Origin: Candidatus Krumholzibacteriia bacterium
GTDB lineage: Bacteria > Krumholzibacteriota > Krumholzibacteriia > WVZY01
Assembly: GCA_046754105.1 (NCBI GenBank)
Contig: JBHHVD010000022.1
Coordinates: 1 to 39,293, forward strand
Length of the DNA: 39,293 nt
Direction of reading: 5' to 3'
Under the pieces are notes generated by a model. The model saw nothing but the letters and a program-made list of their open reading frames with translations, was not told where the DNA came from and ran no database searches. Of this stretch, positions 9,127 through 18,036 are shown piece after piece; within the stretch, counting starts at the first letter, position 1; the number at the start of each line of letters is the position of its first letter. The translations under genes and the position numbers were made by a program.

Positions 9127-10800
9127 GTGAGACGCTTCTTGACCACGATTTGTACGGCAGTCGCCGTGACGGTGGTGATGGCGCCGCCCTCCCGCGCCGC
9201 CGACGCCGATCTCATCTTCGTCGGCGGGCGCGTCTACACTATGAATCCGCAACAACCCCGTGTGGAGGCGATCGCCGTTGCGGGGGACCGCATCGTGTTT
9301 GCCGGGGAGCAAGACGGGGCCCTGGTGTACGAGGGAGCGGGCACAAGGGTGATCGACGCCGCCGGCCTGACCGTTTTGCCCGGTCTGGTCGACGCGCACG
9401 CGCACCTGTCCGGCCTGGGACGGGCGCTTCGCGAGTTAGACCTGAAGGGCACCTCGTCCGCGGAAGAGATCCGCGGTATGGTCGTCGCGCGTGGAAAGGA
9501 TTTCGCGCCGGGCGCCTGGATCCAGGGCCGGGGTTGGGACCAGAACGACTGGGAGCAAAAGGCGTTCCCGACGTGGCGCGAACTCGAAGACACCGAAGCC
9601 AACCCCGTCTACCTGCGCCGCGTGGACGGGCACGCCGCGTGGGTCAACCGGACGGCGCTCGATGTCGCCGGGGTGAGGCGGGATACGAAAGACCCCGACG
9701 GCGGGCGTATCGAGCGGGACGCCGGTGGAGAACCGACCGGTGTGCTGGTCGACCGCGCCATGGACCTCGTGTCTGCAAAGATACCGAAACCATCTCGGGA
9801 AGAGCGCATGCAGCGGGTACGGATGGCGCTCGCCGAGTGCCGCCGCTACGGGTTGACGGGCGTTCACGACGCGGGGACCGGTGAGGAAGACCTCGAGGTC
9901 TACCGCGCGCTGCTCGAGAGCGGCGAGCTGACGCTGCGCGTGTACGCCATGCTCGATTCGGACTCGACGCGATTCGTACGGGAACAAGTGGCGCGGGGGC
10001 CGTGGTCGGACCCCGCGCATCTCCTGAGCGTGCGCGCGATCAAGGTCTACGCGGACGGAGCCCTGGGGTCGCGGGGGGCGCTGCTCCGCGAGCCGTACAG
10101 TGACGAACCGGGCCACATGGGCCTGTTGCAAAACCCGCGGCCGTTGATCGAGGACTGGGCGGAGCTCGCCGCAAAGAACGGGTTTCAGTTGTGCGTGCAT
10201 GCCATCGGCGACGGGGGTAACCGCCTGGTCCTCGACGTGTACGAGGCGGCCCTTCGCGCCCATCCGTCCGGCGACCACCGGTTTCGAGTCGAGCACGCGC
10301 AGGTGCTTGCCCTGGACGACATCCCGCGTTTTGCGCGACTGGGCGTCATCGCTTCGATGCAGCCAACGCATGCGACGTCCGACATGTACTGGGCCGAGGA
10401 CCGGGTCGGGCCGCAGCGCATCCTCGGAGCGTACGCGTGGCGCAAGCTGATCCAATCCGGTGCGGTCATCAGCTGTGGTTCCGATTTTCCGGTGGAATCC
10501 CCAAACCCCCTGTGGGGAATTTTTGCCGCGGTGACGCGGCAGGACCACGACGGCTGGCCGGAAGGGGGCTGGTACCCGGGCGAGCGCATGACGGTCACCG
10601 AAGCGGTCGCCGGTTTCACCCGCAACGCCGCCTTTGCCAGCTTTGAGGAAGACATTAAAGGAACGATAGAAGTGGGTAAAGTAGCGGACCTTACGGTCAT
10701 CGACACGGATCCGTTCGACGTCGCGGCGAGCGAGATCCTGGAGGCCTCGGTTCGTTACACCGTCGTGGGTGGCCGGGTGGTCTACGAGGCGGGTCCGTAG
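9127..10800 (+). CDS. Amidohydrolase family 3 (YtcJ-like), secreted
   Basis: PGLVDAHAH, RVDGHA, KVYADGALGSRGA, HAIGD, RVEHAQ and GSDFPVE motifs. GTG start follows GGGAGG and precedes a signal peptide. Confidence 0.92.
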   Translation: MRRFLTTICTAVAVTVVMAPPSRAADADLIFVGGRVYTMNPQQPRVEAIAVAGDRIVFAGEQDGALVYEGAGTRVIDAAGLTVLPGLVDAHAHLSGLGRALRELDLKGTSSAEEIRGMVVARGKDFAPGAWIQGRGWDQNDWEQKAFPTWRELEDTEANPVYLRRVDGHAAWVNRTALDVAGVRRDTKDPDGGRIERDAGGEPTGVLVDRAMDLVSAKIPKPSREERMQRVRMALAECRRYGLTGVHDAGTGEEDLEVYRALLESGELTLRVYAMLDSDSTRFVREQVARGPWSDPAHLLSVRAIKVYADGALGSRGALLREPYSDEPGHMGLLQNPRPLIEDWAELAAKNGFQLCVHAIGDGGNRLVLDVYEAALRAHPSGDHRFRVEHAQVLALDDIPRFARLGVIASMQPTHATSDMYWAEDRVGPQRILGAYAWRKLIQSGAVISCGSDFPVESPNPLWGIFAAVTRQDHDGWPEGGWYPGERMTVTEAVAGFTRNAAFASFEEDIKGTIEVGKVADLTVIDTDPFDVAASEILEASVRYTVVGGRVVYEAGP

Positions 10801-10833
10801 GCGCGCGTGGCCGAAGGTGGAGGAATCCTGCCA

Positions 10834-11274
10834 GTGAAGCTGGGCCGGATAGCGATATACGTTGCCGCGGCCGCCGTGGCGGCCGGCATGTCCCTGGTCG
10901 CGCTGCGGGACGGACGCGCGCTGGACGGGTACGCGTCGGAGATCGCGTCGGAGCAGCGCGAGAAGGAGGCGGTCGCGCGAGGGCGCATCGAGCATCAGCA
11001 GAAGATCGAGGAAATCTCCAGGGAGATGGAGGCGCTGCCGGATTCGCTGGCGCGCGCCGCGCGGATGGGGATCGCCATGAAGAAAAGCCAGAAGCTGGCG
11101 AAGGGTCTCTACGTCCTCGACAACCGGGAACTGCGCGCGAACAACATGATCAAGGCGGTGGAGAAACGGCGCGCGCGGACCCTGGCCCATCGCCGGCGCT
11201 GGATGTGGTGCCTGGGCGCGGCGCTGGCGGCGCTCGCCGGGGGCCTGGTCGTCCTGCGGCGGATGGCACCGTAA
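10834..11274 (+). CDS. Hypothetical membrane protein (TM - coiled coil - TM)
   Basis: Hydrophobic segments at both ends around a charged helical middle. GGAGG precedes GTG 10834 (alternative start 10807). Confidence 0.6.
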   Translation: MKLGRIAIYVAAAAVAAGMSLVALRDGRALDGYASEIASEQREKEAVARGRIEHQQKIEEISREMEALPDSLARAARMGIAMKKSQKLAKGLYVLDNRELRANNMIKAVEKRRARTLAHRRRWMWCLGAALAALAGGLVVLRRMAP

Positions 11275-11418
11275 GTCAGGCCGGGCGGCTCGTGACGCAC
11301 GACGGCCGGTGGGTGGGGCGCGTCCGCAACGGGGTCGGCCTGGAGTGGTCGCTGTTTTCTGCGGGCGGCCGGTCCGATTTATGCCTCGTCCGCCACGACT
11401 CCAACAACGAGGTACACG

Positions 11419-11826
11419 ATGAGTTTTGGCGAGTGGTTATCCAAGGTACTGCGGGGCGCAGCCGCCTCCGACGAGCGGATGCCCGGGCTGGCGAGTATCG
11501 GCGATCTGAACCAGGCGCTCGCCCGCAGCGAGCGCGAAGCGCTCTTTATCTACAAACACAGCACGACGTGTCCCGTGTCCGCCGCCGCACGCGGCCGGCT
11601 GGCGGCGTACCTCGACTCGGCCGGTGACGGCGGGCCGCCGTTCTATATGGTTCAGGTCCTCGAGTCCCGCGCCGTGTCCGACGCGGTCGCCGAGCGGCTC
11701 GGCGTGACCCACCAATCTCCGCAGTTGATCCTGGTGAAAGGACGTCGCGTGGTGTGGAATGCGTCGCACGGCGGTATCACCCGCGACGCGATCCGCGAAG
11801 CACTCACCACTGCGGCCGGCGTGTAA
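11419..11826 (+). CDS. ytxJ: Monothiol bacilliredoxin YtxJ/BrxC family protein
   Basis: KHSTTCPVS and GVTHQSPQ...WNASH..IT signature. GAGG RBS. Confidence 0.9.
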   Translation: MSFGEWLSKVLRGAAASDERMPGLASIGDLNQALARSEREALFIYKHSTTCPVSAAARGRLAAYLDSAGDGGPPFYMVQVLESRAVSDAVAERLGVTHQSPQLILVKGRRVVWNASHGGITRDAIREALTTAAGV

Positions 11827-11932
11827 CGGCCGGGGATTCCACGATGGATCGCGAACGGTGCGTCGTCCCGACGATCGGCTCCTCGACCGGCGGCGTGTGG
11901 CCCCGTGGTCTGCGGCCCCGCCGTCCGGTTCG

Positions 11933-14900
11933 TCAGTGAAAATCGCGGCTCCGCGTGCGGCCGGGCCGTTCCGGCGCGCCGGGCGCCCAGAGCGACTCGG
12001 CGACGAGATGGGTAACACCCGAGGCCACCTGCAGCCTTCCTGTGACCCCGATAAATGACGCGGTCTTGACCAGCACGGTGTGACGTCTGAAAACGTTTTG
12101 CCACACGACGACGTTGACAAAACCCGCCTCGTCTTCCAACGTCATGAAAACCACGCCGCCCGCCGTCGACGGGCGCTGGCGGCAGATGACGAGCCCCGCG
12201 TAGCGGACGCGGCGGCCGTCGGGCATGGCGCGAACGCCGCTGGAATCGGGCAGGCCCCGGGCCGTGAGCCACTTGCGAAGCGGGGCCAGCGGGTGGGCCT
12301 GAGGGCTGTGCCCGGTCGCCCGGTAATCCCAATCGACGGTTTCAAAAAAACTCAGCGGCGCGAAACGTACCTTCGACCGCGCGCCGACGAGCGGCAGCTG
12401 CGGGGTGGCGATACGGTCGAGTCCCCGCACGTGCCACACCACCTCACGCCGGTCGCGCTCGAGACATTCGAAGGCGCCCGCCTCGGCAAGCCGGCGCAGG
12501 GTGGCGTCCTCGAGGCCGGTTCTGTGGGCAAAATCGTCGAGCGAGCGGAAGGCCCCCAGACGGCGGGTGGTGTCGATTCGCTCCCAGTCGCGCTCGCGAA
12601 ACCCACGGACGTACCCGATCCCCACGCGTACGGCGAAACCCTCACCGCTTTGCGGACACGGCTCGAGCGTACACTCCCAGCGGCTCTGCTGCACGTCCAC
12701 CGGGCGCACTTCGATATCATGGCGTTTCGCGTCGTCGATGATCGTCGCCGGCGAATAAAATCCCATCGGCTGCGCGTTGAGGAGCGCGCAGCAAAACGCC
12801 GCCGGGTAATGGCACTTGAGGTAAGCGGTGACGTAGGTAATGAGGGCGAAGCTCGCCGCGTGGCTTTCCGGAAAACCGTACTCGCCGAACCCCTGGATCT
12901 GCTTGAACACCTGCTCGGCAAACGCCCGGGAAATCCCCTTGGCCGTCATACGTGATATCAAACGGCCGCGGTGACGGAGGAGGCGGCCCGAGCGCCGCCA
13001 CGCCGCCATGTCGCGCCGCAGCTGGTCGGACTCACCCGGCGTGTAGTCCGCCGCCACCATGGCGAGCCGCATCACCTGCTCTTGAAAGAGCGGCACGCCG
13101 AGCGTCTTCTCCAGCACCGGTTTCAACGTCGGGTGCGGGTAGACCACTCGTTCCTCACCGTTTCGGCGGCGGAGGTAGGGATGCACCATGCCGCCGGTAA
13201 TAGGGCCGGGCCGGACGATGCTCACCTCGATCACCAGGTCGTAGTAGGTGCGGGGTTTGAGACGCGGCAGCATCGCCATCTGCGCGCGGCTCTCGATTTG
13301 AAAGACACCCACCGTATCGGCGCGCCGGATCATTTCGAAGGTTTCCGCGTCATCGTTCGGCACCGCCGCCATCGAATACCGTTTTCCTCCGTGCATCTCG
13401 ATCAGACGAAACGCAATGTCGCACACGGTCAGCATGCCCAGCCCCAGGAGATCGACCTTGAAAAGCCCCAGCGATTCCAGGTCCTCCTTGTCCCACTGGA
13501 TCACCGTGCGCTCCGGCATGGTGGCGTTCTCGACCGGCACCAGGTCGCGCACCGGTTCGTGACCGAGCAGAAAACCGCCCGGATGAATGGAGAGGTGTCG
13601 CGGAAAATCCTGGATCTCGAGTATCAGCTCCAGCAGGTGGCGGTGCCGCGCGTTGTTCGCATCGAAGCCGGTCGGCGCGAGTGTTTCCGGAGAAACGGTA
13701 TCGTAGTAGGAGAGCAGTTTGGCAAAACGGTCGATGGTGGTCTCGGACAGCTCGAGTACCTTACCGACGTCGCGGATCGCCGAGCGCGCGCGGTAGCGGA
13801 TAAAGTTGGCGACCATGGCCGCGTGCGTGCGGCCGTATTTCTCGTAGACGTGTTGAATTACCTCTTCGCGCCGGTTGTGTTCGATGTCGAGGTCGATATC
13901 CGGCGGCTCGGCGCGCTCGCGCGAAATGAAACGCTCGAAGAGAAGACCGCCTCGTACCGGGTCGACGGCGGTGATCCCCAGGCAGAAACACACCGCCGAG
14001 TTGGCCGCCGAGCCGCGGCCCTGGCAGAGGATCTCGCGGTGGCGGCAGAACCGAACGATCTCCCACATGGTGAGGAAATACCCCTCGTAGTCGAGATCAC
14101 TGATGAGATCGAGTTCCTTCTCGAGTTGGGAGAGGACGTCGGCCGGTGTGCCCCCGGGATAGCGCCAGCGGGCACCGCGGAGGGTGAGCGCGCGCAGCCG
14201 CTCCTTCGAGGTGCCCCCGTCGGGCAGTTCCTCGGACGGATAGCGGTAGCGGATCTCGGAGAGTGAAAACGTACAGCGCTCCGCGACTTCCTCGGTACGG
14301 CGCACCGATTCGGGGTCGTCGGCAAAAAGGGCGGCAAACGCCTTGCCGGAGTGCAGGGCATGCTCGGCGTTGGATTTGATCCACCGGCCCGCGCTGGAGA
14401 GCGTGACACCGTGCCGGATACAGGTGAGTACGTCCTGCACCGGCCGCCGCTTCGGTGTGTGATAGAGCACTTCGGTGGCGGCGACGGTGGGGATACGGTA
14501 GCGCAGCGCGCGCTCGCGGACCCATCGTTCACGCCTGCGGTCGCCGGCCCGGCGGTGGCGGGTCACCATGGCGTAGAGCCGGTCGCCGAAGGCCTCGCGC
14601 AGGTTGCGTGCGACAAAGAGCGGGTCGGCCTTCGCCGAGAGCAGGCTCGTCTCGCCGCCCCATAGCGCGATCAGTCCCTCGGCGTGCGAGCACACCTCCC
14701 GCCAGCGCACGGTGCACTCGCCCTTCGGCGAGCGCAGCCTTCCATCGGAGATCAGCCGGCAGAGCCGGGCGTACCCGTTGCGGTCGCTGGCAAGGAGGAC
14801 GACGGTGGAGCCGTCCTCGAGCGTTACCTGCGAGCCGGCGATGAGGTGGACTCCGAGTGCGCGGGCCTTTACGTGAGCGCGGACGATACCGTATACGCCG

Positions 14901-15034
14901 TCGCGGTCGGTGACCGCGAGCGATTCGATACCGAGATGGGCGCAGCGTTCGATGAGCTCTTCGGGGTGGCTGGCGCCTTCGAGGAATGAGTAGTTGCTCT
15001 TGCACCACAGGGGCACGTAGCCGCCGGTGCTCAT
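11933..15034 (-). CDS. dnaE2: Error-prone DNA polymerase DnaE2 (ImuC)
   Basis: PHP start (SNYSFLEGASHPEEL), GRGSAANS, PPDIDLD, YGFPESHAASF, OB fold and C-terminal SRDFH motif. Lies downstream of imuB. Confidence 0.97.
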   Translation of the reverse strand: MSTGGYVPLWCKSNYSFLEGASHPEELIERCAHLGIESLAVTDRDGVYGIVRAHVKARALGVHLIAGSQVTLEDGSTVVLLASDRNGYARLCRLISDGRLRSPKGECTVRWREVCSHAEGLIALWGGETSLLSAKADPLFVARNLREAFGDRLYAMVTRHRRAGDRRRERWVRERALRYRIPTVAATEVLYHTPKRRPVQDVLTCIRHGVTLSSAGRWIKSNAEHALHSGKAFAALFADDPESVRRTEEVAERCTFSLSEIRYRYPSEELPDGGTSKERLRALTLRGARWRYPGGTPADVLSQLEKELDLISDLDYEGYFLTMWEIVRFCRHREILCQGRGSAANSAVCFCLGITAVDPVRGGLLFERFISRERAEPPDIDLDIEHNRREEVIQHVYEKYGRTHAAMVANFIRYRARSAIRDVGKVLELSETTIDRFAKLLSYYDTVSPETLAPTGFDANNARHRHLLELILEIQDFPRHLSIHPGGFLLGHEPVRDLVPVENATMPERTVIQWDKEDLESLGLFKVDLLGLGMLTVCDIAFRLIEMHGGKRYSMAAVPNDDAETFEMIRRADTVGVFQIESRAQMAMLPRLKPRTYYDLVIEVSIVRPGPITGGMVHPYLRRRNGEERVVYPHPTLKPVLEKTLGVPLFQEQVMRLAMVAADYTPGESDQLRRDMAAWRRSGRLLRHRGRLISRMTAKGISRAFAEQVFKQIQGFGEYGFPESHAASFALITYVTAYLKCHYPAAFCCALLNAQPMGFYSPATIIDDAKRHDIEVRPVDVQQSRWECTLEPCPQSGEGFAVRVGIGYVRGFRERDWERIDTTRRLGAFRSLDDFAHRTGLEDATLRRLAEAGAFECLERDRREVVWHVRGLDRIATPQLPLVGARSKVRFAPLSFFETVDWDYRATGHSPQAHPLAPLRKWLTARGLPDSSGVRAMPDGRRVRYAGLVICRQRPSTAGGVVFMTLEDEAGFVNVVVWQNVFRRHTVLVKTASFIGVTGRLQVASGVTHLVAESLWAPGAPERPGRTRSRDFH

Positions 15035-16584
15035 CCCACTTCACCCTGGACAAGGGTACGCTTGCGCCGCCGGTCGTAGTAGACCCACAGCCAGCGGCCG
15101 TGCGCGTTGCGGACGTAGTAGTATTCACGGTGCACTTTTCGCCGCCACCAGCCCCCCGAGACGACGTAGGGACCGATGACTCCGGCATGGCCCGGGCGGC
15201 CCGCGGAATAGTCGGCGAATGGCAGACGCCCGCCGGGCGGCTCGTTGGTAGCAAAAGACGGACGGGGCCTGTTACCAAAAGACGGACGGCCACCTGCGGC
15301 CGGACGCGGCCACGACAGGAGCTCGATGGACTTCGAGAAAATCCTCCGCACAAGACTGCGCGCCGGGATCTTGCGTGGAGATGGGGGAAGTAGTTTTTCC
15401 ATCGGCTCCCATTCGTAGCGCGCCTCAGGCAGATGGCCGTCGCGAAGAGTAGCTTTCATAACCGCATGCTCGCCGAACTCGGCCCGCAGCCGCGCGAACG
15501 CGCGACCGGCTGCTTCGAGGTCGCGTTTCGGTTTTTTCTCGAAAAGGTGCAGCTGTTTGTGCGCGGCCGGGGTCGCTTCGACGTCGACGGTGATATCGAT
15601 CACGCCGGAGCGGAGGGAAATGCTCTGCAGCCGCAGTTCGATGAGCTTGAGCAGCCGCGCGGCATCGACGGTGGGCGAGGCGGGACGCAGGTGCTCGTTT
15701 CGCTTTTCCCCGTTATCGAGGGTGAGGGACAGTGTGAGCGCGGCGATGCGCCCGTTGGTTTCCGCGAGGGATGTCAGGATCGATTGCAGCAGCGTGTCGA
15801 TAACGGGCAAAAGGCGTGGTACCTCACCCGCGGGGTGGTCGAGCGTGGTCCCGGCCGTAAACGGTTCCCGCGGCGGGTGTGAGTCGATGGGTGTATACAG
15901 ATCGTCCTTCGCCAACTTGTAGAGCGCGTGCGCCTCGCTTCCGAAACGTTTGCGGATACCGTCGGCGGGAAGGTCCATGAACCCGCCCAGGGTGGTGATG
16001 CCGAGCTGGGCGAGGGCACATCGAAGCTCGGGGTTGAAACCCAGGCGTACGACCGCCACCGAGCGGGCGTGCCGGCGCTCCTCCTCCGGATCGTCGAAGA
16101 CGACGATCTTCTTACAGGTCCTGGCCGCTGCGTAGGTGCCGTAGCGGGAGAACCCCACCGCCACCGTCCACCGGTACCCGTCGCGGGAGAGCTCCGAGCC
16201 GATAAGCCCCGCCCACTTTTTTATGGAGGGGTAGAGGAGGGAGAGACCCGAGGCGTCGAGCCAGAAGACTCCGGGTGCCTTGTGCGACGCCTCGACGCCG
16301 GGTGTAAAGAAACGCAGCCGTTCGGTCAACGCATCCACGTGCGCTTCGACCTCGGCCGTGGCGATCACGCCGGCGCGAAGGTCGGAGGAGAGCGAGAGCC
16401 CCTTGGCGTAGCGCATACCGGGGAGGATGCCGCGGCGGGCGGAGCGGGAATTCACGCGCAGGATGACGCCGCGCGGGGTGTCCTTGTCCACGACGGCCGC
16501 CGGCAGGTGCTTCCAGTCGGGGTGGTGCCGGACGAGCAGCTGCAGGGGAAAGGCGGGAAGGTTAACACAGGCCATCCGGTCCAC
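15031..16584 (-). CDS. imuB: Y-family polymerase-like accessory protein ImuB
   Basis: IMS-like N-terminus without the catalytic acidic set, beta-clamp motif QLHLF, and C-terminal GPY.VSGGWW...REYY...WLWVYYD. GGAGG RBS before GTG. Confidence 0.92.
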   Translation of the reverse strand: MDRMACVNLPAFPLQLLVRHHPDWKHLPAAVVDKDTPRGVILRVNSRSARRGILPGMRYAKGLSLSSDLRAGVIATAEVEAHVDALTERLRFFTPGVEASHKAPGVFWLDASGLSLLYPSIKKWAGLIGSELSRDGYRWTVAVGFSRYGTYAAARTCKKIVVFDDPEEERRHARSVAVVRLGFNPELRCALAQLGITTLGGFMDLPADGIRKRFGSEAHALYKLAKDDLYTPIDSHPPREPFTAGTTLDHPAGEVPRLLPVIDTLLQSILTSLAETNGRIAALTLSLTLDNGEKRNEHLRPASPTVDAARLLKLIELRLQSISLRSGVIDITVDVEATPAAHKQLHLFEKKPKRDLEAAGRAFARLRAEFGEHAVMKATLRDGHLPEARYEWEPMEKLLPPSPRKIPARSLVRRIFSKSIELLSWPRPAAGGRPSFGNRPRPSFATNEPPGGRLPFADYSAGRPGHAGVIGPYVVSGGWWRRKVHREYYYVRNAHGRWLWVYYDRRRKRTLVQGEVG

Positions 16585-17248
16585 GGTACACCTCCGTATG
16601 GCGCCAACCCAGTCCGCGGTGTTTATCCCGCAGGACGTCGAGCTCCCATGTGAAGCGGTCGAACCCCGTCTTGTGTATCACCCCCTGCGCACGAAGGGAA
16701 ACCAGCGGTCCCAGCGACGGGACCGCCGGTTCTTTGTGGGTGAGGCAGAGAAGTGTGGTGTGATGTTTTCGCGCCAGCGCGGCGAGACGGGCCTGCACGG
16801 CGATACGCATGTCGATCTCACTGCCGAGGTCGAGCACGATGACACCGAATCCCCCCGAGCGCAGGAGTTCCGCGCCGGCGCGCGCCGCCGGCAGTAGATG
16901 CGGCACGCGCACCACCGGCAGCGACTGCAGGTCGATACCCGTGGCGGCAAAGTCGGGGGGGAAGAAAGTGGTGTCCCCCACGGTAACCCAGGCGGCAGGC
17001 TCCCCTCTGTGTTGGGAGTCGAGGATGAGGGAAGCCGCCGCCGTCATGGAAACAGCCGGGCTGGAGATCTCGAGAAAGCGCCCCGCGAGCGTATCCAGGC
17101 TCCAGGCGCCGGGCGCTTGCCCGCGCTCCGGCGCGTGTGGCGCTTCGTGATGAAACATCCCGGTTGCCGCATGGACATCCGTACGCGGTAGCCGCCGCAC
17201 GGCCGGGGTGCCGGAGCGTTCGAGTATGACCGGGCGGGAGGAAGACAT
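16562..17248 (-). CDS. imuA: RecA-like accessory protein ImuA
   Basis: RecA-like core (GEPAAWV, FFPPD...GIDL, LLRSGGFGVIVLDL, SLGPLVSLR) lacking an intact Walker A. Sits between lexA and imuB. Confidence 0.88.
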   Translation of the reverse strand: MSSSRPVILERSGTPAVRRLPRTDVHAATGMFHHEAPHAPERGQAPGAWSLDTLAGRFLEISSPAVSMTAAASLILDSQHRGEPAAWVTVGDTTFFPPDFAATGIDLQSLPVVRVPHLLPAARAGAELLRSGGFGVIVLDLGSEIDMRIAVQARLAALARKHHTTLLCLTHKEPAVPSLGPLVSLRAQGVIHKTGFDRFTWELDVLRDKHRGLGWRHTEVYRGPDGLC

Positions 17249-17305
17249 GGCTCGCTTGCGAATTCTCTTATCGTTTCAGGCGGTCTGGGTCCGGTCTCAG
17301 ACGAT

Positions 17306-17926
17306 CTACACCTGTGGAACCTCGATGTGACGCCGTATCTCGATCACTTTGCCCAGAATGATCAGCTCGTCCGGGTCGGGAATGATCGGTTTGAATTTGG
17401 GGTTTTCCGGGTGAAGCTCGATGCGGTCCCGTCGGATACGAAGCCGTTTGACCGTGGCTTCATCTCCAATCAGGGCCACGACCACGTCACCGGAATCCGC
17501 CGTCGGCTGCTGGCGGACGATGGCGATATCGCCGGGCAGGATCCCCGCACCATTCATGCTGTTCCCCTGGACGGTGAGGGCGAAAAGGTCGCCCGCGCCC
17601 CGGGATTGCACGGGCACGTAGCCCTCGATGTCCTCCACCGCCGTGGTCAGGCCGCCGGCCTGCACCCGCCCCAGGAGGGGAATGGGGAGGATCACAGGGG
17701 GCTTTCCAGGACCGGGTAGGGAATACCCCCGGGCCTTGCCCCTCTTCTTGGCGAGGCGCCCCTCCTCGACCAGCCCCTCCAGGTGTTCTCGCGCCGTCTC
17801 CACCGCTTTGAAGCGAAAGGCGTCCCGGACCTCGCGTACGGTGGGGGGGAGCCCTTCGAGCAGGCGCCCCCGCACGAACCGGTAGATTCGCTCGCGGGTC
17901 TGGCCTTTTGGGGTCCGGGGTGACAT
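17306..17926 (-). CDS. lexA: SOS repressor LexA
   Basis: wHTH (PPTVREV...F...TAREHL..L...G), Ala-Gly cleavage site (VQAG), catalytic Ser (GNSM) and Lys (ATVKR). Confidence 0.96.
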   Translation of the reverse strand: MSPRTPKGQTRERIYRFVRGRLLEGLPPTVREVRDAFRFKAVETAREHLEGLVEEGRLAKKRGKARGYSLPGPGKPPVILPIPLLGRVQAGGLTTAVEDIEGYVPVQSRGAGDLFALTVQGNSMNGAGILPGDIAIVRQQPTADSGDVVVALIGDEATVKRLRIRRDRIELHPENPKFKPIIPDPDELIILGKVIEIRRHIEVPQV

Positions 17927-17932
17927 GTTCGT

Positions 17933-17961
17933 ACCATACCAGACATTTGTCTGGTATGCAA
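17933..17961 (-). promoter_or_regulatory. lexA promoter with embedded palindromic operator (candidate LexA box)
   Basis: Minus strand TTGCAT-N17-TATGGT-ACGAAC-ATG. The palindrome CATACCAGACA-N2-TGTCTGGTATG (17935-17958) spans the spacer. Confidence 0.75.
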
Positions 17962-18036
17962 GCAGAAAATGCAAAAATTTTCGAGGGAGGGGATCGGTAC
18001 GGGACCCTGGCCAGGGAGTCGCGGGGAGGGAGGGCG

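Noticed and set aside
17927..17974. 16-aa N-terminal extension of LexA in the ORF track
   Set aside because: It runs through the promoter/operator. The homologous sequence starts at ATG 17926.
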